This document shows, in pieces, positions 12,562-24,850 of a DNA stretch of 64,000 bases. The notes below the pieces were generated by a model. That model made no database searches and had not been told where the DNA came from. It worked only from the letters and a program-made list of their open reading frames with translations. The position numbers and the translations under genes were made by a program. Position 1 is the first letter of the stretch. Every line of letters starts with the position of its first letter. Source of the DNA: Lingula anatina (taxonomy: Eukaryota; Animalia; Brachiopoda); NCBI GenBank assembly GCA_051362555.1, contig CM120640.1:28730503-28794502 (forward strand), in the 5' to 3' direction.

Positions 12562-14396
12562 TTAGTAACGGATTAACTGTCTCAGCTTTGTGAGTATCCA
12601 ATATTTTATTTTCTTCATCCTACTTAGTATAGCTTTCCTTTGGGGCTTGGACACTATATAAAGGAAAAGCATATATGTGAAATGAGGCTCATATTATCTC
12701 TTTGAAAAATTTCATTGAGGTATTCTCTTCACATCTTGATACTTATACACATACCAAATTTAGAACGGGAATGTTAAGAAGAATGGAAAAAAATTTACAT
12801 TGAATTCTGCTAGTTGTTGAATAATGAAATAAAATACCTTTTCCCTCTGTAGTCGGAGCTAATTTTTCATCATCAAGAGGGATTTCTACAAATCCTGTGG
12901 AAAAACAAAAATTACTGTCAAGGCTTAATATCATGGTGCCGTATTAGAATTGTAGTTATATTTGTGTAAGGAAGGGATCTTTTCTATTAGAATACAATTT
13001 GTTAAATATGCTTTGCTTGGGTGAAAAAAAAAGTAGAATAACTTTTGCACTTCACAACATTTGAGTAGCTAACTGTCATTTAAGAAAAAAAATTCTGAAC
13101 AGTTTTGGGTTTCATATTTATATGTTAGATTAAAGTCCTGATACTGTACCTTGATCAATACTGCTTTCCTTTTCCCAAAATGTTCGACAGCCAAAGGTAG
13201 AATCTGTCTGCACAAACACAGCCTCTCTCTGTACCCGCTCTGGGACTAGAACACCGCTGCTGGGTGTAAGTTTTCTCAGGTGATAGATGCCCTCCACAGC
13301 TGAAAAAAGGTACAAGCTATATTAATAAATGAATGGAAAGGGTCCATATCTGCATTAGAAAAACAATCATAAAAATTCCTTGTATCTCAGGCATTTGTTT
13401 TATACTATTTCCAAAGCTGCAAATTTACAAGCATGGAGGGAGGCTTTTACCTTGAAGTACACAGTCATCTTTTCCAAAAAATGTACAGCAGCCATTTGTG
13501 GAAACTGCCTGTACAAATACATTGTCTTTTTGTTCCTGCTTTGGAACTAGAACAGCAACACTGGGTGTACTGTTTTGTGAATGGTAAATGCCCTTAAGGA
13601 CTGGAAATGAAAAATAAATATTGATGTTAGATTCATTCATCTTTAATAACAGTCATATCAAAAATAAAAGATGTACTTCTGATTGTGAAATACTTCAGAT
13701 GCAAACAGATGCCCATAGCTATTTTCTCACCTTTTTCATCACTCCATCTTTCTATCATTTCCATAACAAAGGACTCCAATTTTAACATTTTAAACTGAAA
13801 ATGTTGAGAAAATAAAAAACAAAATAAAAAATTAAATAAAAAAAAAATAAGAAAAAGAATAAATAATTTTTTTTAAAAATGAAAGAAAGTAAGAAAAAGA
13901 AAGACAGATAAAAATAATTAAACCAATGGATAACAATGAAAGCAAATATAAATGTTATGACAGATAATTCCAACTCAAAGTAACATTAAAGGAAATCTAG
14001 GAAACTTTCAAAACGTACGTAAGATAAAACCCAATCAAGGAAGTTTTCGATAAAAACAATTTATTTGGCTTGTCTTCATTTGGTGTTTATTTACTTTATT
14101 TACGAAGGTTCTTCTGCTGTTTTTTTTTTAATTTAATTTTGTTCAATTTTTTAAAACTTTTAAACGTCCAAAGCTGTAGATCTAAATGTCCGCGAGAAGT
14201 TTTTGCATATAGCCGTACGAAAATTTCTTTTGCCGATTTTTCGTAAAATGTATGCCCACATGCATAAAAAACATTTAAGAAGAAAAGTAACTGGCGTGAT
14301 TTAATTACTCTAACATATAAAACATCATAAAAATATTATCGTCTTCGATTAAATGAAAATATCTTCCTGAATTTTTTCGATACTCACCTCGCTCAT
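12562..14396 (-). CDS. Six-exon gene of unknown function, copy A, 173 aa
   Basis: Exons 14388-14396, 13731-13794, 13451-13600, 13150-13299, 12838-12894, 12562-12653; all GT-AG, intron phases 0,1,1,1,1. Product: MSEFKMLKLESFVMEMIERWSDEKVLKGIYHSQNSTPSVAVLVPKQEQKDNVFVQAVSTNGCCTFFGKDDCVLQAVEGIYHLRKLTPSSGVLVPERVQREAVFVQTDSTFGCRTFWEKESSIDQGFVEIPLDDEKLAPTTEGKVSKPQRKAILSRMKKIKYWILTKLRQLIRY*. Confidence 0.8.
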
Positions 14397-15130
14397 TGAA
14401 AAAATGCGCAAATCTGCCGCTTTTGTTGCTAGGCACGCTCTCCAATGTGATTGGCTGAAAGTTCGCTGAAACTCGAGCGTTTACGTTTTTTTTCCGCCTC
14501 CGACATACATGCAATGGAAAAGAGTGACGCAGACGCCTGAAATATTTCACAATATTTGATCGGTTGTCAGGATTCCATATCCCGTAATGAGTGATGGGTG
14601 CTAGCAAATATACATTTCATTACAAAATAGGCACGTTGCCAAAGATGGTATTTTTTTTTGTCAGTCAGAATTCTCTGAAATTCTCGTTTTGTTCGTTCAA
14701 ATATGGCAATATCCAAGGAATAATTTACACATGAAATTAAGCTTCTTTCATTATTATTTCAGAACTTCAAAACACAATTTTGAAAGCTACGAGGACTTAA
14801 AAGCTATAAATTTGCGTACTCAGTACGTCTTTGACCTCATAACTACCAACCCGTAATTTTATTTATTTTTCAAATTTATATGGGATTTGCTGAACAAAAA
14901 GTCATTTTGTAAGTCAGCATTATTTTAACAAAAGTTATTGTTTTTTTTTTTTTTCATGTACTTTAACTGTGTTCGCTCCATTTTGATTTACTTCATCTTT
15001 GTTGGGTTTTTTTTGCTGAGCAAAAAGTCATTTTGAAAGTCAGCTTTTACAAACTTTGTCTTTTTTTTATGTACTTTAACTGTGTTCGCTCCATCAGTGC
15101 CAAACCGTATTTTTGTTCTACTTCATTTTT

Positions 15131-15476
15131 GGGTACTTTTGTAGTATATACCCCCCCCCCCCCCAACCCTGTAACTTTCACTCTTCAAATAGTTTTTTTT
15201 ACATTTTCCTGTTCATCTATGTCAAAACTGTTAAAATAAAATGTTATTGTAAATACCTGTGGTCTTGACTGCAAGATGCATGGTAGATTCTCACATTGTA
15301 TTTCAATGGGCTGGATTAAACTTGATTAAAACTCGAAAAAGACCACAGGTAATTACAAAAACATTTTATTTAAACAGCTTTGACATAGATGAACAAGTAA
15401 ATGTAAAATATTATGAAAATCTGCTTGAAAAGTGAAAGTTACAAGGTGGGGGGGGGGGTATACTACAAAAGTACCC
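15131..15476. mobile_element. ~346-bp MITE with long (~140-bp) imperfect terminal inverted repeats and a 6-bp TSD
   Basis: gggtacttttgtagtata...tatactacaaaagtaccc, flanked by ATTTTT on both sides. The empty site cttcatctttgttgagg is at ~1072-1088 and ~23504-23520. Confidence 0.8.
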
Positions 15477-17218
15477 ATTTTTGTTGAGGTTTTTTGTTCA
15501 GGAAAAAGACTCCTTTCACTCTTTTATATATCAGCATAATAAAAAAAAGCTTTAAAATATCTTGTACACAGCTTCATGTAGACTTAAAGGGCCTAGCAAT
15601 TAAATCTCAGAGTGGTTTTATTTTAGCTTTAAATGCTATATAGGCCACTGTAAGGATTGCATGTGTGGTAGGTTGGGGAAACCATTAAGGGAGTATGAGG
15701 CTTTGCTTTCAAGTAGGTCCACCATATTTGATCCTTGAAACAGTTAGTTCGAGGATCAAACTGTTTTGAATGCGGCCCTAGATCCAACACAACATGCTGC
15801 TGGGCAAGTATGGATTGTAAGTGTAGTATTACAAATACTGGTCTTAGATATTGCAGATTTTTGTAATGTTATGTATTTATGTGTAGTAAAACCCAATATG
15901 AAAAACAAATGGTGTTCATATGTTTGAAAAACATTGTTTTTTTTTTTCAAAAAAAGTGCATATAGGAATACAATGATAGAATACAGAGGTTACCATAGCA
16001 ATTTAAAGAAAGAAATGATAAAATGAAAGATGTATGATAGGTAAATTTTTATTTCAGATATTTTAGCACTACAGTACCAGTGCATTTTGAAATACTTTAT
16101 ATGAAAGCAAAACTTTTAGACTGGTCTTCTGCTCATTGATTTTAATAGTGGTCAACATATTTATTAAAACTTTGATTCTCTTTACATTTGAGTTTTGTAT
16201 TAATTAATCAACTCATTTTTGAGTTTTTGGTTTTATTGACAGAATTAGCAGCTCTAGCATGGATTTTTTAAAATATAAATTTAGGGTGTTCTTTAAATAT
16301 TTCTTGCCAAAATAAATTCTTGATGCCCAAATCTGATTTCTGTCTACAAAGGAGAGTGGTGATGTGTTGTCAGTAGGTGCTGTTGGTGAGAGCAAATGGG
16401 ATTGCATGTAAAGTGATAATAAAAACGCCATTTTTACTTTTTGTTTTCAGCAAGCAGAGGAGATTAGACATCTATTTTCTTAAGATGAAGAAATGCAGAT
16501 TGTTCTTAGTGCAGGGGTTTCTGCAGGATTTGCATCACAGTAGGTCGAACGTTGATGTGTAATTTGGTAATTTGGTCACCAATTTAAAGGAAATCCAACT
16601 ACAAATATACTGTCATTCCCAAAAATTTTATAAGCCATCCAGCCTTTTTTGAAGAAAAAAAGGGTGTCTATTGAGTCCATGGGCCATCTAAATGAACACT
16701 GGATGGCTATCTGGGAAAAGTCTTGCCTTAGAGTAAATTTGATCTTTTTATGTCTTGTAACACAGTTTAAGATAACAATATGTGACCTCTTTCAGTGTCT
16801 ATAAATTTAAAAACGTAGTGATTGTAGCTTGGATAAATGACTGACTGTTCAAGTAAATTAATGAATGCAAATTTTATTTTGACATGCTTTCTTTTATTTA
16901 AAAGATAAATTATATATATGAAATATGCATGATTTGAGGAGAATTGACATCATTATTATAAGCAATACAAATTCAGCAATTATTTATGTTTTAAAAAAAT
17001 AATACTTTAATGTTGTATATACTTTACATACTGTATATTTGTATGCTATTATATTTACATTTGTTAATTATGTAGAACTAGTACAAGCTCTTTCTGGAAT
17101 GCTAATAAATTCCATTCAAAACTGCAGTGAATGGATGCATATACATGGCTATTTGTTTATGCACAATGTCCAAGTGATTTTGCTCATACAGTTTATGAAA
17201 AAATTGTGAACAGTCATT

Positions 17219-17633
17219 TCAGTATTTGACTAGCTGTCGCAGCTTGGTCATCATCCAAAACTTAAATTTCTTCATCCTACTTAGGATGGGTGTCTTCCTG
17301 GGCTTGGACACTATATATCAAGGAAAAAGTTTATATGTAAAATGGGGGCACATATTTTCTCTGTAAAGAATTTTATTAAGACATATTTATAGATCTTGAT
17401 TATAATACAAATGTCAAATTGAGTACATTTCACTTGGGATCATTGTAAAACCATCTAAATCACTTGTTACACCTTACTTTACATTCAAATCTGCCATCAC
17501 CTAATGCTTTGAAATTAATTTTTTACTTTGTTTTATTGTTTTATAAAATTTGAACACAATATACCTTCTCCCTCAGTAGATGGACCTAATTTTTCATCAT
17601 CATCATCATCATCAAGATCAATTTCTTCAAACA
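17219..17633 (-). other. Intact duplicate exon 5'/6' pair downstream of copy B; candidate alternative terminal exons
   Basis: Exon 5' 17565-17633 (VFEEIDLDDDDDDEKLGPSTEGE) and exon 6' 17219-17310 (VSKPRKTPILSRMKKFKFWMMTKLRQLVKY*). AG/GT sites intact; phase 1, compatible with exon 4. Confidence 0.6.
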
Positions 17634-18198
17634 CTGGTGGGAAAAAGAAATATTTGATTTAAAAAGTTTGATTCTTGAAACATTTGAGTTTTGTATTCAT
17701 CTTATCATTCACAGCAATTGTCGAAGTATTTATATTTTCTCATTCTAGGAAAGTTAAAAGAACTGGGGAACAAGGTTCTAAAGCCCTTCAAATGGAATGT
17801 CTACTGACAATTTCAAATCACAGCAAGATCCAAATACAGGATCATGTTCTGTGCAGTTTCAACAAAATGCAAAATAGATTAAAAAAATATCAAGGGTGAT
17901 GATCCTTTATACCACAAGTACAAGTTTTCCAGGTATTGGTCCAGTCAGAAGAAGTCGCTATAAAAACTTTTCTAAAATTGGGAATGTAGCTGGCTTAATC
18001 ATCCTTTTTCAGATGCCTTATAATAAATAAATTATATAAAAATGGTTTAGCTCAGTAGCAAGGATTGTTCTGATATTTATCAACTTGTTTAAAAGATAAG
18101 CCAAGAAAAAGCTATGAGGAATAAAGACAAGAATTTCCTTCATTGGCAAAATGACAGCTGAAGCATGGTTTTTTTTTTAAATATAAATTTAAGGTGAT

Positions 18199-20032
18199 TT
18201 TTATGTACAGACACAGATGTGTCTGTACATATTGCCATCACCTGTGTCTGTTGTCGCCGTCGTCATTGATGGCGATGGCGATGCCGATGCCGGTGCTGTG
18301 CACTTTCCTTGTAAACACGATAAGTGAAACACAGTTTTATTTTTTGCTTTTATATTTACAGAGCTGATGAATATTCATAAAACGCAGGTCAAGTTCGAAA
18401 ATCAGCATGATCGGGCCATTATAGTAGAAGTTATGCTGTTTTTTCACTTTTCAGCATATATGCAACCCTGTAAACACATTTTAAGGAAAACCATTAAGCT
18501 TGTTGTCATGAAACTCACAGGAGTAATCAATCTTACTAAAACACAGGACAAGTTCGAAAATTGGCATGATTGGGCCACTATTTTAGTAGTTATGCTGATT
18601 TTTTCATTTTTTCAGCATATATGCAACACTGTACACACAATATAAGAAAAACAGATAGGCCAATTGTCATTAAACTCACAGGAGTGGTCAATCTTACTAA
18701 AACGCAGGTTGAGTTCGAAAATCAGCATAATCGGGCCATTATTTTAGAAGTTATGCTGTTTTTTCACATTTCCCCAGATTCAGTTCTTAGGCATGTTAAT
18801 AGCCTTATTATTTAACTAATTAGATACGTAAAAGTGTTTGTTTGACATTTCCTGCATCTTTACAACATTGTTAGTTGATTATAGAAAAATTATGGTAAAC
18901 TTGTTATCGTGTTTTGTGTAATAAAGTGTCAAAAATGGAAATAAACTCATATCATTGCAGTTTGTCAGATTCAATCATTCACTATGTTCAGAATCTCAGA
19001 ATGGAAGAAATTGGACATTTAACACTGCTCTATTGATATTTTTCCCATCTCATCAATTATCTTAGTTGATCATATAAAAATGGCAGTAAACTGTTTATTT
19101 TGTTTTATGTTAAAAATTGTTAAAAATGGGGAAAAAAAACATTTCAGAACAGTGCTGTCTTGTTTACATTTTGGCATTTTCAAGTTTTGACTTTGAAGTT
19201 CCATGGGCCTGAAGACCTTTGCTAATCACATTTTCTGAATATCCATAATACTAATATTTTATTATTAAAAATTGATGGTCATTATGCAGTTAAACATTAT
19301 GTAATATTGCATCAAATTTTGAAAAAAACATATTTTGGGCACTGCTCCCATGATGACCATTTCAGAAAAACCATGTCACTTACTGTTCTTAAACTTACAG
19401 GAAAGAAACCTGGGACTAAAATACAGCTTCAGTAGGCAATGCAGTCTGTTTGGTAATTCTTACTGCCAGTTAAACAGTTTTTTTTGTGAAACTTTAATTT
19501 TTCACATATTGGCATTTTCAAGGTGTGACTTTGAAGTTCCACGGGCTTGAATACCCATGCTAGTCACATTTTCTGAAAATACATGATACATATATTTTAT
19601 TATTAAAAATTAAAGGTCATTATGCTGTTAACCATTATGTAATATTGCATCAGAATAGAAGAAAACACAATTTTGGGTGCTGCTGCCATGATGACCATTA
19701 TGGGAAAACCATGTTATTTATGATTGCACAACTTTCAAAAAAGAAATACAGGACTAAAAATGCAGCCTGAGTTGGAAAAACAGTCTAATTGGCTTCTTTT
19801 TCTGGAAGTTATACATTTTCAAAGTGCGAACTTGAACTCCCATGGGCCTGAAGCCTTATGCTTGTTACACATTTTACTTACATTGGTATTACCTGTTGAG
19901 CATAATTAAAATTTGATGTTGAATTTGCAGTTTAACATAATGTACTTTTGCGTCAGAATTGACAGTAGCCTATTTTGTGCATAGTTATTTCCTGCTTTTT
20001 GTCTGTACATTTGACAGCTTTGCTGCCTTGTT
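18199..20032 (+). mobile_element. Full-length HINE-type element
   Basis: Same termini as 3824-6717. Inserted in the T-run of aaggtgatttttaaatatttcctgcc (empty site at ~43062-43087), no TSD. Confidence 0.75.
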
Positions 20033-20180
20033 AAATATTTCCTGCCAAAATGAATTCTTGATGCCAAAATCTGCAGTGTGTCAATAGGTTCTGAAGGTGA
20101 GAGAAAATCAAATTGTGAATAGACTGATACAAGATGCCTTTTAAATTTTTGAGCAAACAGGAAAGAACAGACATTTATTT

Positions 20181-20290
20181 ACTCCATGAGGCGAGGAAAA
20201 ACCGCTGTCAAGGATGCCAACCAGGGGTCACGTGAACTATTGACAGTATGACGCAATTCCTGCCTCCCCCCCCTTTTTTTTTGTGTGTGT

Positions 20291-20321
<31 letters not shown>

Positions 20322-20503
20322 GGGGGGGGAAGAGGGGTGCTCTATTGTTTGGTTGTGGTATTGGACTCAAAAATGTCAAAATGCTGAAAAAGTTAGAAAT
20401 GGATGTAGGGTTCATATAAAACTGGCGGATCTCAAAAATAAAAGTATTCTGCCCCTCAAAAACTCACAAAACTGAGTGTTGCATTTCTTTTTTCCTTGAG
20501 CAT
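20181..20503 (+). mobile_element. 3' terminal remnant of the Tc1/mariner element seen whole at 57857-59353
   Basis: tccatgagg...ggggtcacgtgaactattgacagtatg...gagtgttgcatttcttttttccttgagcata matches 59041-59355, including the TIR. Confidence 0.7.
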
Positions 20504-21058
20504 ATTTTACTCAATCCACTCTCTGCTCAGAGTGTGAGGGCCATATGTAAATTTGTAAACAGTGCAATTAAAAAGTGTGTTCCTGCATGGATGGGAATAG
20601 TTTACTACATAAATTATTATTTTATATTTGTATTAGTTAGAGAGCCTGTAAATGTAAACCATTTCTTTGTGCTTAATAAATTATTATTATTATAAAATAC
20701 TGCAATTTGTTGTCTTTACGATATCATTTATTATAAATATAAATTTATATGATATATACATAGCTTAAGGGGAATTGACATCAATATATAAAGAAATTAA
20801 GCAACTGATATTGCAAAACAAGTAATATAATAATAATAAGCAAAATATATTTACTGTGGTATTCTGTTTACATATATGTACAGACATGAAACAAAATTTC
20901 ATGCATACTATATACAACCTGAACAAGTAAAAGCTCTCAAGATTGTTCATAATTTCCATTGTAGTTAATGGGTGCATATACATGGGTGGCGTTTCATGCA
21001 TGCACAGTATTTGAGTTATTTTTTTCATTCAGTTTTTATGAAAAAAAAAGAAAAATAG

Positions 21059-22930
21059 TCATTTTAGTATTAACTGCTGCAGCTTGGTGAACATCCAACA
21101 TTTTAATTTCTTCAGCCTCATTAGTATTGATGTCCTCCTGGGCTTGGACACTATATATATAAAGGAAATGCATATATGTAAAATGAGGCTCAAATTATCT
21201 CTTTGAAAAAATTCATTGACATATACTCTTCACATCTTGATACTTATACACATACCAAATTTAGAAGGGGAATGATTAAGAAGAGTGGAAAAAAATTTTA
21301 CATTGAATTCTGCAAGTTGTTGAATAATGAAATAAAATACCTTTTCCCTCTGTAGTTGGAGCTATTTTTTCATCACCAAGAGGGATTTCTACAAATCCTG
21401 CAGAAAAGTAAAAATTGTTGTCAAGGTATAATATCATGGTGCCATAATAGTGGAATTGTATTTGTGTAAGGACGAGATCTTTTCTATTAGAATACAATTT
21501 GTTAAATGCGCTTTGCTTGGGTGAAAAAAAAAGTAGAATAACCTTTGCACTTCACAACATTTGAGTAGCTAACTGTCATTTAAGAAAAAAAATTCTGAAT
21601 AGTTTTGGGTTTCATATTTATATGTTAGATTAAAGTCCTGATACTGTACCTTGATCAATACTGCTTTCCTTTTCCCAAAATGTTCGACAGCCAAAGGTAG
21701 AATCTGTCTGCACAAACACAGCCTCTCTCTGTACCCGCTCTGGGACTAGAACACCACTGCTGGGTGTAAGTTTTCTCAGGTGATAGATGCCCTCCACAGC
21801 TGAAAAAAGGTAAAATCATGGAAATTTTTGCTGTCTATATACAAGCTATATTAATAAATGAATGGAAATGATCCATATCTGCATTTGAAAAAAAAACAAT
21901 CATAAAGGATTCCTTGTATCTCAAGCATTTGTTTTATACTATTTCCAACACTGCAAATTTACAAACATGAAGGTAGGCTTTTACCTTGAAGTACACAGTC
22001 ATCTTTTCCAAAACATGTACAGCAGCCATTTGTGGAAACTGCCTGTACAAATACATTGTCTTTTTGTTCCTGCTTTGGAACTAGAACAGCAACACTGGGT
22101 GTACTGTTTTGTGGATGGTAAATGCCCTTAAGGACTGGAAATGAAAAATAAATATTGATGTTAGATTCATTCATCTTTAATAACAGTCATATCAAGAATA
22201 AAAGATGTACTTCTGATTTTGAAATACTTCAGATGCAAACAGATGCCCATAGCTATTTTCTCACCTTTTTTATCACTCCATCTGTCTATCATTTCCATAA
22301 CAAAGAACTCCAATTTTAACATTTTAAACTGAAAATGTTGAGAAAATAAAAAACAAAATAAAAAATTAAATAAACAAAAAATAAGAAAAAGAATAGATTT
22401 TTTTTAAAAAAATGAAAGAAAGTAAGAAAAAGAAAAACAAAAAATATTAAACCAATGGATAACAATGAAAGCAAATATAAATGTTATGACAGATAATTGC
22501 AACTCGAACATTAAATTAAGGAAATCTAGGAAACTTTCAAAACGTACGTAAGATAAAACCCAATCAAGGAAGTTTTCGATAAAAACAATTTATTTGGCTT
22601 GTCTTCATTTGGTGTTTATTTACTTTATTTACGAAGGTTCTTCTGCTGTTTTTTTTTTTTTTTATTTAATTTTGTTCAATTTTTTAAAACTTTCAAACGT
22701 CCAAAGCTGTAGATCTAAATGTCCGCGAGAAGTTTTTGCATATAGCCGTACGAAAATTTCTTTTGCCGATTTTTCGTAAAATGTATGCCCACATGCATAA
22801 AAAAACATTTAAGAAGAAAAGTAACTGGCGTGATTTAATTACTCTAGCATATAAAACATCATAAAAATATTATCGTCTTCGATTAAATGAAAATATCTAC
22901 CTGAATTTTTTCGATACTCACCTCGCTCAT
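21059..22930 (-). CDS. Six-exon gene of unknown function, copy B, 173 aa
   Basis: Exons 22922-22930, 22265-22328, 21985-22134, 21650-21799, 21341-21397, 21059-21150; GT-AG, open frame. Last exon VSKPRRTSILMRLKKLKCWMFTKLQQLILK*. Confidence 0.8.
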
Positions 22931-24646
22931 TGAAAAAATGCGCAAATCTGCCGCTTTTGTTGCTAGGCACGCTCTCCAATGTAATTGGCTGAAAGTTCGC
23001 TGAAGCTCGAGCGTTTACGTTTTTTTCCGCCTCCGACATAATGGAAAAGAGTGACGCCTGTTAAGTCTTTCACAATATTTGATCGGTTGTCAGGATTCCA
23101 TATCCCGTAATGAGTGATGGGTGCTGGCAAATATACACTGTACATTTCATTACAAAATAGGCACGTTGCCAAAGATGGTATGTCTTTTTCTCTGTCAGAA
23201 TTCTCTGATATTCTCGTTTTGTTCGTTCAAATATGGCAATATCCTGGGAATAATTTACACATGAAATTTAGCTTCTTTCATAATTATTTCAGAACTTCAA
23301 AACACAATTTTGAAAGCTACGAGGATTTAAAGCTATAAATTTGCGTACGTCTTTGACCTCATAACTACCAACCCGTAATTTTATTTATTTTTCAAATTTA
23401 TATGGGATTTGCTTAGCAAAAAGTCATTTTGTAAGTCGGCATTATTTTAACAAAAGTGTTTTTTTTCCATGTACTTTAACTGTGTTTGCTCCATTTTGTT
23501 TTACTTCATCTTTGTTGAGGTTTTTTGTTCAGGAAAAAGACCCCTTTCACTCTTTTATATATCAGCATAATTTTAAAAAAAGCTTTTAAATATCTTGTAA
23601 CACAGCTTCATGCAGACTTAAAGGGCCTAGCAATTAAATCTCAGAGTGGTTTTATTTTAAATCCTATAAAGGCCACTGTAAGGATGGCATGTGCGGTAGT
23701 TGGGGGAAACCATTAAGGTAGTATGAGGCTTTGCTTTCAAGTAGATCCACCATATTTGAGCCTTGAATCAGTTAGTCCTAGGATCAAACTGTATTGAATG
23801 CGGCCCTAGATCCAATTCAACATGCTGTGGGGGAAGCATGCATTGTAAGTGTAGTATTACAAATACTTGTCTTAGGTATTGCAGATTTTTGTTATGTTGT
23901 GTTTTTATGTGTAGTAAAACCAAATATGAAAACATTGTATTTCAAAAAAGTGCATGTAGGAATACAATATTAGAAAACAGAGGTTACCATAGCAATTTAA
24001 AGAAAAAATTATAAAAGAAAGATGCACAGATAGGTTAATTTTTATTTCAGTTATTTTAGCACTACAGTACCAGTACATTTTGAAATACTTTATATAAAAG
24101 CAAGACTTTTAGACTGGTCTTCTGCTCATTGGTTTTAATAGCAGTCAACATATTTATTAAAACTTTGATTCTCTTTACATTTGAGTTTTGTATTAATTAA
24201 TCATCTCATTTTTGAGTTTTTGGTTTTATTGACAGAATTGGCAGCTCTGGCATGGATTTTTTTTTAAATATAAATTTAGGGTGTTCTTAAAATATTTCCT
24301 GCCAAAATTAATTCTTGATGCCCAAATCTGATTTCTGTCTACAAAGGAGAGTGGTGATGTGTTGTCAATAGGTGCTGTTGGTGAGAGCAAATGGGATTGC
24401 AAGTAAAGTGATAAGAAAAACACCATTTTTTACTTTTTGTTTTCAGCAAGCAGAGGAGAATAGACATCTATTTTCTTAAGATGAAGAAATGCAGATTGTC
24501 CTTAGAGCAGGGGATTCTGCAGGATTTGCATCACAGTAGGTCAACATTCCAAAACGTTGATCTGTAATTTGGTAATTTGGTCACCAATTTACAAGAAATT
24601 CAACTACAAATATACTGTCATTTCTAAATATTTCATAAGCCATCCA

Positions 24647-24680
<34 letters not shown>

Positions 24681-24850
24681 AAAAACATAAGTTGTCTATT
24701 GTTTTAAAGGAACACTGGATGGCTATCTGGGAAAAGTCTTGCCTTAGAGTCAATTTGATCTTTTTATATCTTGTAACACAGCTTCAGGTATAAGATAACA
24801 ATATGTGGCCTCTTTCAGTCTCTTTAAATATAAAAATGTAGTGATTGTAG

